A stretch of 64,000 bases of DNA from Cetorhinus maximus (taxonomy: Eukaryota). Below the pieces are notes generated by a model. The model searched no databases and was not told the origin of the DNA. It saw nothing but the letters and a program-made list of their open reading frames with translations. This document shows, piece after piece, positions 1-10,989 of this stretch. The first letter of the stretch is position 1. Each line of letters opens with the position of its first letter. Both the position numbers and the translations under genes were made by a program. The stretch is from the NCBI RefSeq assembly GCF_964194155.1, contig NC_135901.1, forward strand, positions 16,740,001 through 16,804,000, given 5' to 3'.

Positions 1-407
1 TGAGAAGATCAAATGTTAAAACCTCAGGAGAGGAAAATTCAGAATGTCACAAAGATGAGTGAACCGTCCAATTAGTCCCATTCACTATAACTCTGCAAAT
101 TATTCCCTCTTCAAGTACTGATCCAATTCTCTTTGAAAGTTGCTCTTATATCTGCTTCTAACCCCCTGTCAGTATGTGCATTCCAGGTCACATCAAATCA
201 CTGCGTAAAAATGTTCTCCTTATCACTCCTTCCGGTTCTGTTGTCAAATATCTTAAATCTCTGAGTCCTCTGGTTACAAACCCTCCTGCTCCTGGAAACA
301 GTTTCTCCCTATCGACACTATCACAAATCCTTCCTCATTTTGAACACCTCCATTAAATTTCCCCCTAAACTTGTCTGATCTAAGAAGGACAGCCCCTGTT
401 TTTCCCG

Positions 408-503
408 CTCAAAAGAAACGTCAGATTGGACTCGAAACCTTAAATCTGTTTCTCTGTCCACAGATGCTGCCAGACCTGCTGAGTTTTTGCAGCATTTTCT
501 GCC
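408..503 (+). mobile_element. Penelope-like pLTR fragment with decayed hammerhead
   Basis: ggactcgaaaccttaa...cacagatgctgccagacctgctgag matches the 8015-8120 family. Confidence 0.6.
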
Positions 504-1539
504 TTTAGCCACTTTTCCTTCTTTAATCAATCAAAAACCCTTCATGATATTGAACATCTCAATTAAACAGGAACACAATGACATCGAGAGAGATATAGAG
601 GAAAGGAGAGACAAAGACAGAGAAAAACTGAGACACTTAGAAAAACAGAAAGATGAGGTGGTGAAAGATAAAGCTGAGAAATAGAGGAAGCAAGTAATAC
701 AGAATGATGTGAGAGAATGATATAAAATGGAAAGGAGCAGGCTATCAGTTCCTGGCTATGGAGAGCAGAGGGAACTCAGTGACTGACCCACAGACACGGC
801 CACATATGTCCGGGAATGGAGACTCTGAACAGAAACAACAGGCTCATTTGTAAATGTCACCGCAATGTGATCTGTGTGACTCTGCTCTGACTCTGTGGCC
901 AGATATAGGCTGCCTTGACAGATGTTCTCACCCGACCGTGGCCTCTGGATTTATTTTCTGCTCAGAAGTGAGATGTGTGGTTAGGAACCAGCAGCAGAGA
1001 AACAGGAAGTTGTGTTTCCTGAGAATGAAACAGCAGGTGTCAGTTTCATGTTATCACCGTGAACAGTCTTCCTGCCTGTGAGGGTGAACTCACTCTAACA
1101 GCATCAAGAACAACCACACAGATTGCTGCCAGTCTCAGCATTACATTCACCTCCATTCCCAATTTAAAGATTTAAACACATGAGCTTATTTGGGGTTTTA
1201 CTATATTCACTGAAGGGGGAAACGAGCTGATGGTTATCCTTGGGAGAAATAAGGGGAAATTATATAAAATAAATAATTTTGCCCAAAAACAGTTATCAGA
1301 AAATAGAGTTAAAGTGAATTGAGGCCTGTCTGAGAGTGAGAGAGTGAAACAGAGAGAGAGGGGAATGACTCTCTGTACGTTGAACACTGCCTCAGACAAA
1401 GAAGAGAGTCTAAGTGAGGTTAAGTGTGTTAGGTTCTTTCTCAGAGAGAGAGAAAAAAGTTAAATGAGTTTAGGTGCTCTCTGAAACAGAGAGATTAAGT
1501 GACTCAGTATCTGAGAGAGAGAGGAGAGAGGTTAAGTGA

Positions 1540-1705
1540 AATAAAAGCAAAATATTGTGGATGCTGAAAATCTGAAATAAAAACAGAAAATGTTGGAAAA
1601 ACTCAGCAGGTCTAACAGCATCTGTGGAGAGAGAAACAATTAACGTTTCGAGTCCATATGACTGAAGACGACCATACGCTCTGAAGAAGAGTCATACGGA
1701 ATCGA
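1540..1705 (-). mobile_element. Penelope-like pLTR with a short inverted second copy
   Basis: Same family as 8015-8120; inverted half ctgaagaagagtcatacgg at 1681. Confidence 0.65.
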
Positions 1706-1949
1706 TAGGTGAAGTGAGTTTGGGGACAGATGTGCTCATTTTGGTAATTGAATGGTCAGTGTGAGATTGTTTTCTAAACAGCAGCACCCAAGAGAATGGG
1801 TTCCAGATAACTGTCAGTGCTATGAAAAGATTTGCAAAGATATTACATTTGGAATAAATGGAAATAAAGGACTAAAATACTTGCTGGAGATAATTACTTC
1901 AGGAAATACATTGCAAACGTGAAGAATGATGCGTTCACAATCAGACACA

Positions 1950-2893
1950 TAGACACAAGAAGAAAGAAGAAAGAAGAAAAGTACAGCACAGCAACAGGCC
2001 CTTCGGCCCTCCAAGCCTGCGCCGATCATATTGCCTGTCAAACTAAAACATTTTGCACTTCCGGGGTCTGTATCCCTCTATTCCCATCCTATTCATGTAC
2101 TTGTCAAGTTGCCTCTTAAACACCACTTCCACCACCACCTCTGACAGCGAATTCCAGACACTCACTACCCTCTGCGTAAAAGACTTGCCTTGCACATCTC
2201 CTCTAAAGTTTTCTCCTCTCAACTTAAATCTATGTCCCCTAGTAATTGACTCTTCCACCCTGGATAACCTGGAGGGATAACCTCCAGACCAGGCAGCATC
2301 CTGGTAAACCTCCTTTGAACCCTCTCCAATGCCTCCATATCCTTCTGGTAACGTGGCGACCAGAATTGCACGCAATATTCCAAGTGTGGCCTAACCAAGG
2401 TTCTATACAGTTGCAGCATGACTTCCCAGCTTTTATATTCAATACCCCTGCTGATGAAGGCAAGCATGCCACATGCCTTCCTGACGACCTTATCCACCTG
2501 CGTTGCCACTTTCAGTGACCTGTGGACCTGTACACCCAGATCCCTCTGCCCGTCGATGCACTTAAGGGTTCTGCAATTTACTGTATAATTCCTGCCTGTA
2601 TTAGACCTTCCAAAATGCATTACCTCGCATTTGTCCGCATTAAACTCCATCTGCCATTTCTCCGCCCAAGTCTCTAACCGATGTATATCCCGTTGTATCT
2701 TTTGACAATCCTCTTCACTATCTGCATCTCCTCCAACCTTAGTGTCGTCTGTAAACTGACTAATTAGCCCAGTTACATTTTCCTCCAAATCATTTACGTA
2801 TACTACAAACAGCAAAGGTCCCAGCACTGATCCCTGCGGAACACCACTAGTCACAGCTCTCCATTCAGAAAAGCATCCTTCCACTGCTACCCT
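1950..2893 (-). mobile_element. CR1 LINE 3' part (RT domain)
   Basis: ORF 2219-2914 with SGVPQGSVLGP, FTDD, RPHLEYCVQFWSP; internal deletion near 2270. Confidence 0.9.
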
Positions 2894-3318
2894 CGAGTGT
2901 GTGCACGCACACACACCATTTTGTGTTGAGCTTGTTTCAGTTATGCCTGTTAACCAGAAGACAGAGTTTTAATTGGATACCATTAGGATCCTGCAGCAGT
3001 CCATTCGACTGAGGAGACAGTTCTAGATTCTATCTGACACCACCAGTGGGTCAGGTGGAAGCTAAATAGAAAATCCTGCAAGAAAAATAATCCTTAACAT
3101 TAAAAATCTATCTGAGCAATTGATTCAGTACTACACCAGTGTGAATTAGTAAACTTTAACACAACAGGGTTTGTCACTAAGTAGTGTAAAGTACAGTGCA
3201 CTAATGCTCACCTTTAGTCTTGCCCCTCAATCCCAGTTAATCTCTGGGAGTTTGTTATAAGATTCACCCCATCCTTTCGACACAAATATTACCCACATAA
3301 CACTAGAGTCATTAGAAA

Positions 3319-4333
3319 TTGATGTGTACTTCCCACACACTGTCCTTTTAAATATACTTCACTCCTACCAGCCTTTAACTATCAAAAACATAACAGGGTT
3401 AATAGCTGCTGATAGCTGTCAATGAGATTAAATTTATGCTTGAAATGATTAAATCTTCACATGCAAAATATATTTTGTTTTATTCTTTGATGGGATGTGG
3501 GTGTCACTGGCAAGGCCAACATTTTTTGCCCAACCTTAACTGCCCTTGAACAGAGTGGCTTCCCCGGTTATTTCAGAGGGCAGTTAAGGGTTAACCACAT
3601 TGCTGTGGGTCTGGCCTCACATGTAGGCCAGACCAGGTGAGGATAGCAGATTTCCTTCCATAAAGGACATTAGTGAAGCAGATGGGTTTTTACAACAATC
3701 AATGATAGTTTCATGGACACCATCACTGAGACCAGATTTCAATTGCAAATTTTGAATATCATGATGAGGTTAGAAGCCTGGTCAATATACTCAGGTTCTG
3801 AAGGTGAAATCCACAATTTAGAGATTCTAAAATCAGTGTTGTAACTGTAACCAAACTGCTACTAAAATGTTTAAGGAGCTAAGTTGACATTTTACATCTA
3901 CAGTTTGACCATAACATTGTTTAATACCGTTACTGTTGAACTTCCAGATAATAAAATCACAAACAGCAACTTCAAGCAGAAGGAGCAGAATAAACGAGAT
4001 GGAGAGAAACACGAGAGCCCACAGGCGAGGACCACATAGAGTAGGTTCACACACCCAGGGACGGGGTGGGTTGCCGCGCCTGGGGGTGGGGCGGGTTCAC
4101 ACACCCAAGGCTCACCGGGAATGATCAGAATAAGGAAACCGCCCAGAAAACTACCAATAGGAATCTTCAGCTGAACACATCACTCATTCTTAAAGGGACC
4201 GAAGGGGTCCTGACACTGTGAAGTTAAAGGGGCAGACACAGCTTCAGCCTTCTCTCTGTTACCTTTCTGATAGTTAAAGGCTGGTAGGAGTGAGGTATAT
4301 TTAAAAGGACAGTGTGTGGGAAGCACACATCAA
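3319..4333. repeat. 66-bp inverted repeat pair (3319-3384 / 4268-4333)
   Basis: Arms are reverse complements with 2 mismatches. Confidence 0.9.
3470..3750 (-). mobile_element. SINE-like repeat sharing its 3' tail with the second LINE family
   Basis: Same sequence as the arms of 33598-33970; tail shared with the LINE at 24720. Confidence 0.6.
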
Positions 4334-5024
4334 TAAAACCGGGAATTCTTGGACACACGCTGCAGGTCGTTCTTTATCTGGGAATCAAACTGTTGTATTA
4401 TTGTCCCAGCAGTTAACAGCCTCCTGTGAACTCCTCCAGCTTCTAGTTTAATGCAGATTTTAACCCAATAAGTTTCAGCATGTTTCGATTCAGTGACTCA
4501 GGACTGACACACAAACACGTTGAACCATTTTAGACTTATTAAGAACCATTTTCCGTCTGGAAACTTAAACCTGCTGTTTCACTTTCAGTCAGGAACAGAT
4601 CACAATTTTACACCAACCTTTGATTTGACAGCACGTTTCCAGCATTCACCGTTGTTCTTCCTGACTCTAATTCCAGTTGTAAAAGAGCCTTCTGTTCTGT
4701 GTCTAGGAGCTCTGAACCATGGAAGAGAGCAACTGAGACACATTTCTTACACACCTCAGGATTCACCCACATGGGGATTGTGCCGTCAGTGAAGAAAGAT
4801 AAGAAAGACCAAAGTGTTGTTTAGGGCTCCCTCAGTGTGACCCTGATGGACTGTGTCCAGGCTGAAGTTCTGTTCCTACCGTAAGATCCTCCCCCAGATT
4901 GTGCTTTCTGATTCCAGCCAGGTGATGTTAAACACTCAGGTGGGGAAAAACAAAAATATACAAACAAAGCTGATTTATTTCACATTTATTCAGAATATTG
5001 AACCTCATCAACAGATCAGGACAG

Positions 5025-6188
5025 TCAGAATGAACATGGTTCAGTCCTGGTATGATTAACAGCATCAACAGGAGTAGAATCCAAACCTTGCAATCGCTTG
5101 TGAATCCACTGGTGTGTTCGCAGGGGTGATGACTGAGTGAATGCCTTTCCGCAGGCATTACAGGTGAACGGCCTCTCCCCACTGTGAACTCGCTGGTGTT
5201 TCAGCAGATAGGATGAATGAGAAAATCTCTTCCCACACACAGAGCAGGTAAATGGCCTCTCCCCACTGTGAATGCTCTGGTGTGTCAGCAGGTTGGATAA
5301 CTGAGTGAATCCCTTCCCACACACAGAGCAGGTGAACGGCCTCTCTCCACTGTGTACTCGCTGGTGATTCAATAGGTTGGATGACCGAGTGAATCCCTTC
5401 CCACACACGGAGCAAATGAACGGTCTCTCCTCAGTGTGAACCTGCTGATGTGTCAGAAGGTTAGATGAACGGGTGAATCCCTTCCCACAGTCAGAGCAGG
5501 TGAACGGTCTATCCCCCGTCTGAAGTTGCTGGTGTATCAGAAGGTTGGATGAATTAATGAATCCCTTCCCACAGTCAGAGCAGGTGAACGGCCTCTCCCC
5601 AGTGTGAATTCGCTGGTGATTCAGTAGGGCAGACGGATGGCTGAATCCCTTCCCACAGTTAATACAGGTGAATGGCCTCTCTCCAGTGTGAGTATATTGA
5701 TGTGTTAGCAGATCCTTTTTGCTTTTAAAGCTCTTGTCACAGTCAGTACAATTAAAAAATTTGTTATCAGAGTGAACAAGTTGATGTGTCAGAAGGTGGG
5801 ATGACTGAATGAATCCCTTTCCACACACGGAGCAGATGAACGGCCTCTCCCCAGTGTGAATACGTTGATGTATCAGCAGATCTTTTCTGCATTTAAAACT
5901 CTTCTCACAGTCAGAACATGTAAACGGTCTCTTATCAGTGTGAACAAGTTGATGTGTCACAATGTGGGATGACCGAGCGAAGTCCTTCCCACACACAGGG
6001 CAGGTGAATGGCCTCTCCTCAGTGTGAACTCGCTGGTGTGTCCGAAGGTTATACAAATGGGTGAATCCCTTCCCACAGATGGAGCAGGTGAACGGTCTCT
6101 CCCCAGTATGACTGCGCCGATGAACTTCCAGTTGGGATGGGAAATTGAATCCCTTCCCACAGTCCATACATTTCCATGGTTTCTCCAT
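5025..6188 (-). CDS. C2H2 zinc-finger protein, 13 fingers (one degenerate), subfamily A (gene 1)
   Basis: 387-aa ORF of CxxC..HxxxH repeats with TGERPF linkers; Kozak-like accATGG; AATAAA on minus strand at 4974-4990. Confidence 0.92.
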   Translation of the reverse strand: MEKPWKCMDCGKGFNFPSQLEVHRRSHTGERPFTCSICGKGFTHLYNLRTHQRVHTEERPFTCPVCGKDFARSSHIVTHQLVHTDKRPFTCSDCEKSFKCRKDLLIHQRIHTGERPFICSVCGKGFIQSSHLLTHQLVHSDNKFFNCTDCDKSFKSKKDLLTHQYTHTGERPFTCINCGKGFSHPSALLNHQRIHTGERPFTCSDCGKGFINSSNLLIHQQLQTGDRPFTCSDCGKGFTRSSNLLTHQQVHTEERPFICSVCGKGFTRSSNLLNHQRVHSGERPFTCSVCGKGFTQLSNLLTHQSIHSGERPFTCSVCGKRFSHSSYLLKHQRVHSGERPFTCNACGKAFTQSSPLRTHQWIHKRLQGLDSTPVDAVNHTRTEPCSF

Positions 6189-6809
6189 GGTGTGGGGGTC
6201 CTTGTCTATCTCCAGGTTGGACGATTAGTTGAAGCCTTGTCCACACACAACACATGTACAGTTTCTCCCCGCTGTGAATGGTGCGATATTTTTGCAGACT
6301 GTGTAACTGCTTAAAGTTTTTTCCAAAGTCAGTTCACTGGAACACTCTCACTCGGGTGTGTGTGTGTTGAGGCTTTTCCAGTCACACCGATGTTTGAAAT
6401 CCTTTCCCAAAGACAGAATAGACAAACATGTCTCCTTCCACATTCAAAAGTTGATGATACTCAGGTCCTGATGAATTCAGTGCCTCTGACAGATCTTGAT
6501 GTGATGTTTGCTTTGCGTTTTCTGTCTGCCAGTCATCCCCGTTTCATACCCTGTAAAACGAGTTTACAAAAGTCATCACTTTAAATCCAGGACTGAAATT
6601 CAGAACAGACAATTGTAGTTTCTATGGAACATTTCTTCCTCTCTTGTTCCCCCAAAGCTGTAAATCCCCGTCCCACACACTCTCCTTCCTCCCTGGGATG
6701 AAATCCAAACCCATCTCACCATCTCCACCATTTCTTTCCTCCACTCCCAGTTTTCTCCCTCCCTCTCCTCTGCCTGGGTTCAGTCCTCCAGCTCCTGTGT
6801 CTCTGATTC

Positions 6810-7250
6810 AGGGTCTCAGGCGGGACCCCAGCTGCCGTCGGGCGGGACACAGGAGGGGGGACCCTCCCGGGTGGGTCTTACCCGGACCCTGAGTCCGTCC
6901 CCCCAGTTTCTGAGCCCCCGGGCGGCCCGCGGGCTCCCCGCAGTTTCTGAATCTCCAGCTCCGGAGCCTCTTCCCCTGAACCCGGCTCTGTCACCGGGAA
7001 GAAGCCCCGGAGCTGCAAACACGGGTCATGGAGGCTGTGATCCGGGATTGCGGCCTACACCGGGTGTTTCTGGATCCTCCCCACCCCGGCTCCCAGAACC
7101 GCTCCGCCCTCCGCCTCAGCGAATCTCACCCGCGTCTCCCGCACTCCCAGGGCTCTGAGCAAACTGACACTGCGCATGCTCCAGGTATCATCAGCATTGC
7201 GCCTGCGCGTTGGGCTCCTGCACAGTGACTAGGGCACTTTCACACACGCA
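6810..7250 (-). promoter_or_regulatory. CpG-island promoter and first exon of gene 1
   Basis: CpG-rich; NRF1-type TGCGCATGC (7171) and TGCGCCTGCGC (~7198); candidate donor GTAAGA at 6881 and acceptor at 6551. Confidence 0.7.
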
Positions 7251-8074
7251 GGAGATTGTGGGTATCGGCAGTGCCATTGAAACACAAAATAGAGAACGAA
7301 AACAATTTTCTGATACCCAATTGTGAACAAATAAAAAGAAAAATCACACGCAAATCCTAGTAAATGGGTGCTCTGCCATGTTCCATTTCTAGAAGTGATT
7401 TAAACATATTTCAAGCCAGCTCAAACGTGTTAAGGGCAAGTCATGTTCAACTAACTTGCTGTAAATTCTTTACAAATGCCCATTCCCTTTCCTTCTGCTG
7501 TATAATGGAAGTTCCGTGCATTGGTGTTTCTTTATCATTTGGTTCTGATCTTTATTGATTGGTCTACGGTCAAAGTTTCAATCCCATAACCACAAAGTAA
7601 TCACAAAAAAAATATTTTCCACTCACAATTACCCAGCACCCCAGCAGCTGGGATTCTGCATTGCGACTGGATGAGCTCCTGCTCACAGATTCTGCCTCCG
7701 ACAAAGGTTGTTCTTGTAGTGGCTGTCCCTGTGATTGATTTTTTGCGGGTTTTTCTGGGATAAAATTGCCCGTTGCCCCCGTACAGTTGGAACCCTGGTT
7801 CTGAAATACTGTCCGTATGATTTTAAGGCTTCCTGGAATAATGCACCGATGGAAATCTGCAATAATCCATGGTCCCATCTGAGTTGCAGATTTTAATGTG
7901 ATTGTCCAATCTACAAAAAATATCATTTCACCCCTTTAAACCTGATTCAGCTGATCCCCTCCACACATACTGCAAAAGATTATCTTTGAGATCAGCTGTT
8001 CCTTTATAGTCTGTAAGAAATACAAAAAATTCTGGAAAAATTCAGCAGGTCTGACAGCATCTGTGGAAAGAAAC

Positions 8075-8120
8075 ACAGAGTTAATGTTTCGAGTCCGTAT
8101 GACTCTTCTTCAGAGTCTGT
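8075..8120 (-). ncRNA. Minimal type I hammerhead ribozyme motif in a Penelope-like pLTR
   Basis: ACAGACT-CTGAAGA-A-GAGTC(atacg)GACTC-GAAA-cat-TA-ACTCTGT: core, stem II and stem I (6/7 bp) are all present. Confidence 0.7.
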
Positions 8121-8399
8121 GTTATTCTGAATTATGACATTCTCCTGAACCTGTCCTAACCCTTCTGCCAGTTCACTTATTGGAAACAGGGACTCTCCTT
8201 GTTTTAATGTTAACACTCCATGTCTCCCCAGTTATTCATTTAAGTCAGCCCATGAATTGTTTGAGCATTGTTTCATCATGTTCCCACATTTCATTAACAA
8301 ATGTTGAAACGTATGCTTCACACCCACAGGGTTTCATCTGTTTAAAGCCACAAACAGAAAGGTCCAGTTTTCTCCTGGAGGTTGAGACAAATCAGCTTT

Positions 8400-8830
8400 C
8401 AAAATGATGCAGGGTTTCAGCCAATGAGGGACATCCGGATTCAGCCCCGCCCCTCATTCACTCCGATTGGTTGGAGGATCACACGCTCACGATCGGACCT
8501 CCAGCTCCGCCCCCTTTTCCTATTGGACCGGAGTTTCCGTCAATCCACAGGGCACTGTGATCTGGAGCATGCGCAGTGTGTGTAATGGCGGTGAACAGAG
8601 GCTTGTTTGTCGGATCCACAGGAGATAAGATAAAGGGCGGAGTGCAGGGAGAAATAAAGCCGGTAGGTGGACGGGGAGGGTTTGTAAGCACTCGATGCGG
8701 CTCTGAACCCAAAATAAGAAACTATCTGCAGGGCGAAGGCTGCGGGATCGGGCCTCCAGCAAAAGGCGCGGGTTAACAGCCGCCATCTTGAGCGGGGTTA
8801 ATGTGCAGCAGGGCGCATGCGCAGTCGTCC
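8400..8830 (+). promoter_or_regulatory. CpG-island promoter of gene 2
   Basis: CCAAT at 8421, 8466, 8522; GC boxes; NRF1-type sites at 8566 and 8813; YY1-type GCCGCCATCTTG at 8779. Confidence 0.75.
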
Positions 8831-9697
8831 CTGTCAGCAGGAGGAGAGGAGGTTGTGAATTTCTACCCTGGACTGACGGGGATGGATTTTGGAAACTCTT
8901 TTTACAGGGGATTGGAAGGGGAGGATTTACACACAGAGCAACTCAAAGCAAAGATCACATTAAGATCTGACTCGAGTCACTCGATTCATCAGGACCTGGA
9001 TATTATCGGTCTTTGAGTTTAAGCATTGAGTTCCAGGTCATTAACACTCAATGTGTGAAATTTCTTCCTCACATTCCTGCTGTAGATCTTACCCTAAATC
9101 TTAAATCTGTGTCTGTGATATTTTTATGATTAGCTAATACCTTATGTTTTTTTCATTCATTCACAGGATGTGGGCTTTGCTGGATGGGCCAGCATTTATT
9201 GCCCATCCCTAGTTTCCTTTGAAAAGGTGGTGGTAAGCTGGCCCTTCTAGGTGGTGGAGGTTCAGGGTTTTGAGTTTCTGTCAAAATTCTGGTTGAGTTG
9301 TAATCCCTCTTTCTCAAACGTTCCCTCTCCCACCCCAACCCTTCTCTCTCTTCCTGTCTTCTCCCATCTAGGCCTGTGCCTTGTGTAGGCCCAGACTGGG
9401 TGGCAGATTCCCTTCCCTGAAGGACATCAGTGAACCAGTTGAGTTTTTATGACAATCCAGCAGTTTTCATGGTCACTTTTCCCTGGTGCCGGCCCCACAA
9501 ATTACCAGATTCATTCAGCTCAATTTCACAACCTGTTTTTGTGGATTCTCTCTCACTCCCTTTTCTCTGTTTTAAATCAATTTCACAGGGTATTAGAAGG
9601 GGAGGATTTGCAGTTGGGAAACTGAAACCAAACATCACATCAGGATCTGACAGAGTTGCCCAGTTTATCGTCACCCAGATATCATCGGAAGTTGAAC

Positions 9698-10819
9698 ATG
9701 GAAGGAAAAAGCACCGTTCACAGTGGGGAGAAACCGTACACGTGTTCTGTGTGTGGACGAGGCTTCAACCGATCATCTAATCTGTCGAAACATAAATGCA
9801 GTCACAACAGGGAGAAACCGTGGAAATGTGGGGACTGTGGGAAGGGATTTAATTACCCATCAGAGCTGGAAAATCATCAACGAATTCACACTGGGGAGAG
9901 GCCGTTCACCTGCCCTGAGTGTAGGAAGGGATTTACTTGTTCGTCCAGCCTGCTGAAACATCGGCGAGTTCACACTGGGGAGAGGCCGTTCACCTGCTCC
10001 GAGTGTGGGAAGGGATTTGCTCGCTCATCCACCCTGCTGACACACCAGCGAGTTCACACTGACGAGAGACCTTTCAAATGTCCTGACTGCGGGAAGTGCT
10101 TTAAAAGTCCCCGGGAACTGACTGCCCATCAACGTGTTCACACTGACGAGAGGCCATTCAGGTGCTCGCACTGTGGGACTGGTTTCAAGACATTATTTAA
10201 CCTCACTGTACACCAGCGAATTCACACTGGGGAGAGCCCATTCACCTGCTCCAAGTGTGGGAAGGGATTTGCTAACACATCCACCCTGCTGAATCACCAA
10301 AGTGTTCACACTGATGAGAGACCTTTCAAATGTCCAGACTGTGGGAAGTGCTTTAAAAGTTCCGGGGACCTGATGATCCATCAACGTGTTCACACCGATG
10401 AAAGACCGTTCAGGTGCTCTCACTGTGGGACTGGGTTCAGACAATCATCTCAACTCATTGTACACCAGCGAGTTCACAATGGGGAGAGACCATTCACCTG
10501 CTCAGAGTGTGGGATGGGATTCACTCGCTTATCCATCCTGTTGACACACCAGCGCACTCACACTGGGGAGAGGCCATTCACCTGCTCTGAGTGTGGGAGG
10601 GGATTCACAACCACATCCTCCCTGCTGAGACACCAGCGAGTTCACACTGGGGAGAGGCCATTCAGCTGCCCCGAGTGTGGGAGGGGATTCACAACCACAT
10701 CCTCCCTGCTGAGACACCGGCGAGTTCACACTGGGGAGAGGCCATTCACCTGCCCCGAGTGTGGGAGGGGATTCATAACCTCATCCAAACTGCTGAAACA
10801 TCAGCAAGTTCACAAGTGA
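9698..10819 (+). CDS. C2H2 zinc-finger protein, 13 fingers, subfamily B (gene 2)
   Basis: [17 protein letters not shown]...; acceptor tttcacAG at 9587-9588; AATAAA at 10886 and 10924. Confidence 0.92.
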   Translation: MEGKSTVHSGEKPYTCSVCGRGFNRSSNLSKHKCSHNREKPWKCGDCGKGFNYPSELENHQRIHTGERPFTCPECRKGFTCSSSLLKHRRVHTGERPFTCSECGKGFARSSTLLTHQRVHTDERPFKCPDCGKCFKSPRELTAHQRVHTDERPFRCSHCGTGFKTLFNLTVHQRIHTGESPFTCSKCGKGFANTSTLLNHQSVHTDERPFKCPDCGKCFKSSGDLMIHQRVHTDERPFRCSHCGTGFRQSSQLIVHQRVHNGERPFTCSECGMGFTRLSILLTHQRTHTGERPFTCSECGRGFTTTSSLLRHQRVHTGERPFSCPECGRGFTTTSSLLRHRRVHTGERPFTCPECGRGFITSSKLLKHQQVHK

Positions 10820-10989
10820 TTGGGTTTTTCTGTTAATCACATCCAGGACTGAACTGTGTCCATTTGGTCTGTTTCTGCTGATGTTAATAAACTCCAGTCC
10901 AATTAATATTCTGGATAAAGTCAAATAAATCAGCTTAAACTTGCACTGTGTTGAGTCTTTTTAATATCTCTAACACAAATTAGTTCCTT

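Noticed and set aside
487-684. Charged coiled-coil-like ORF
   Set aside because: Purine-rich low-complexity sequence with a non-ATG start inside a repeat
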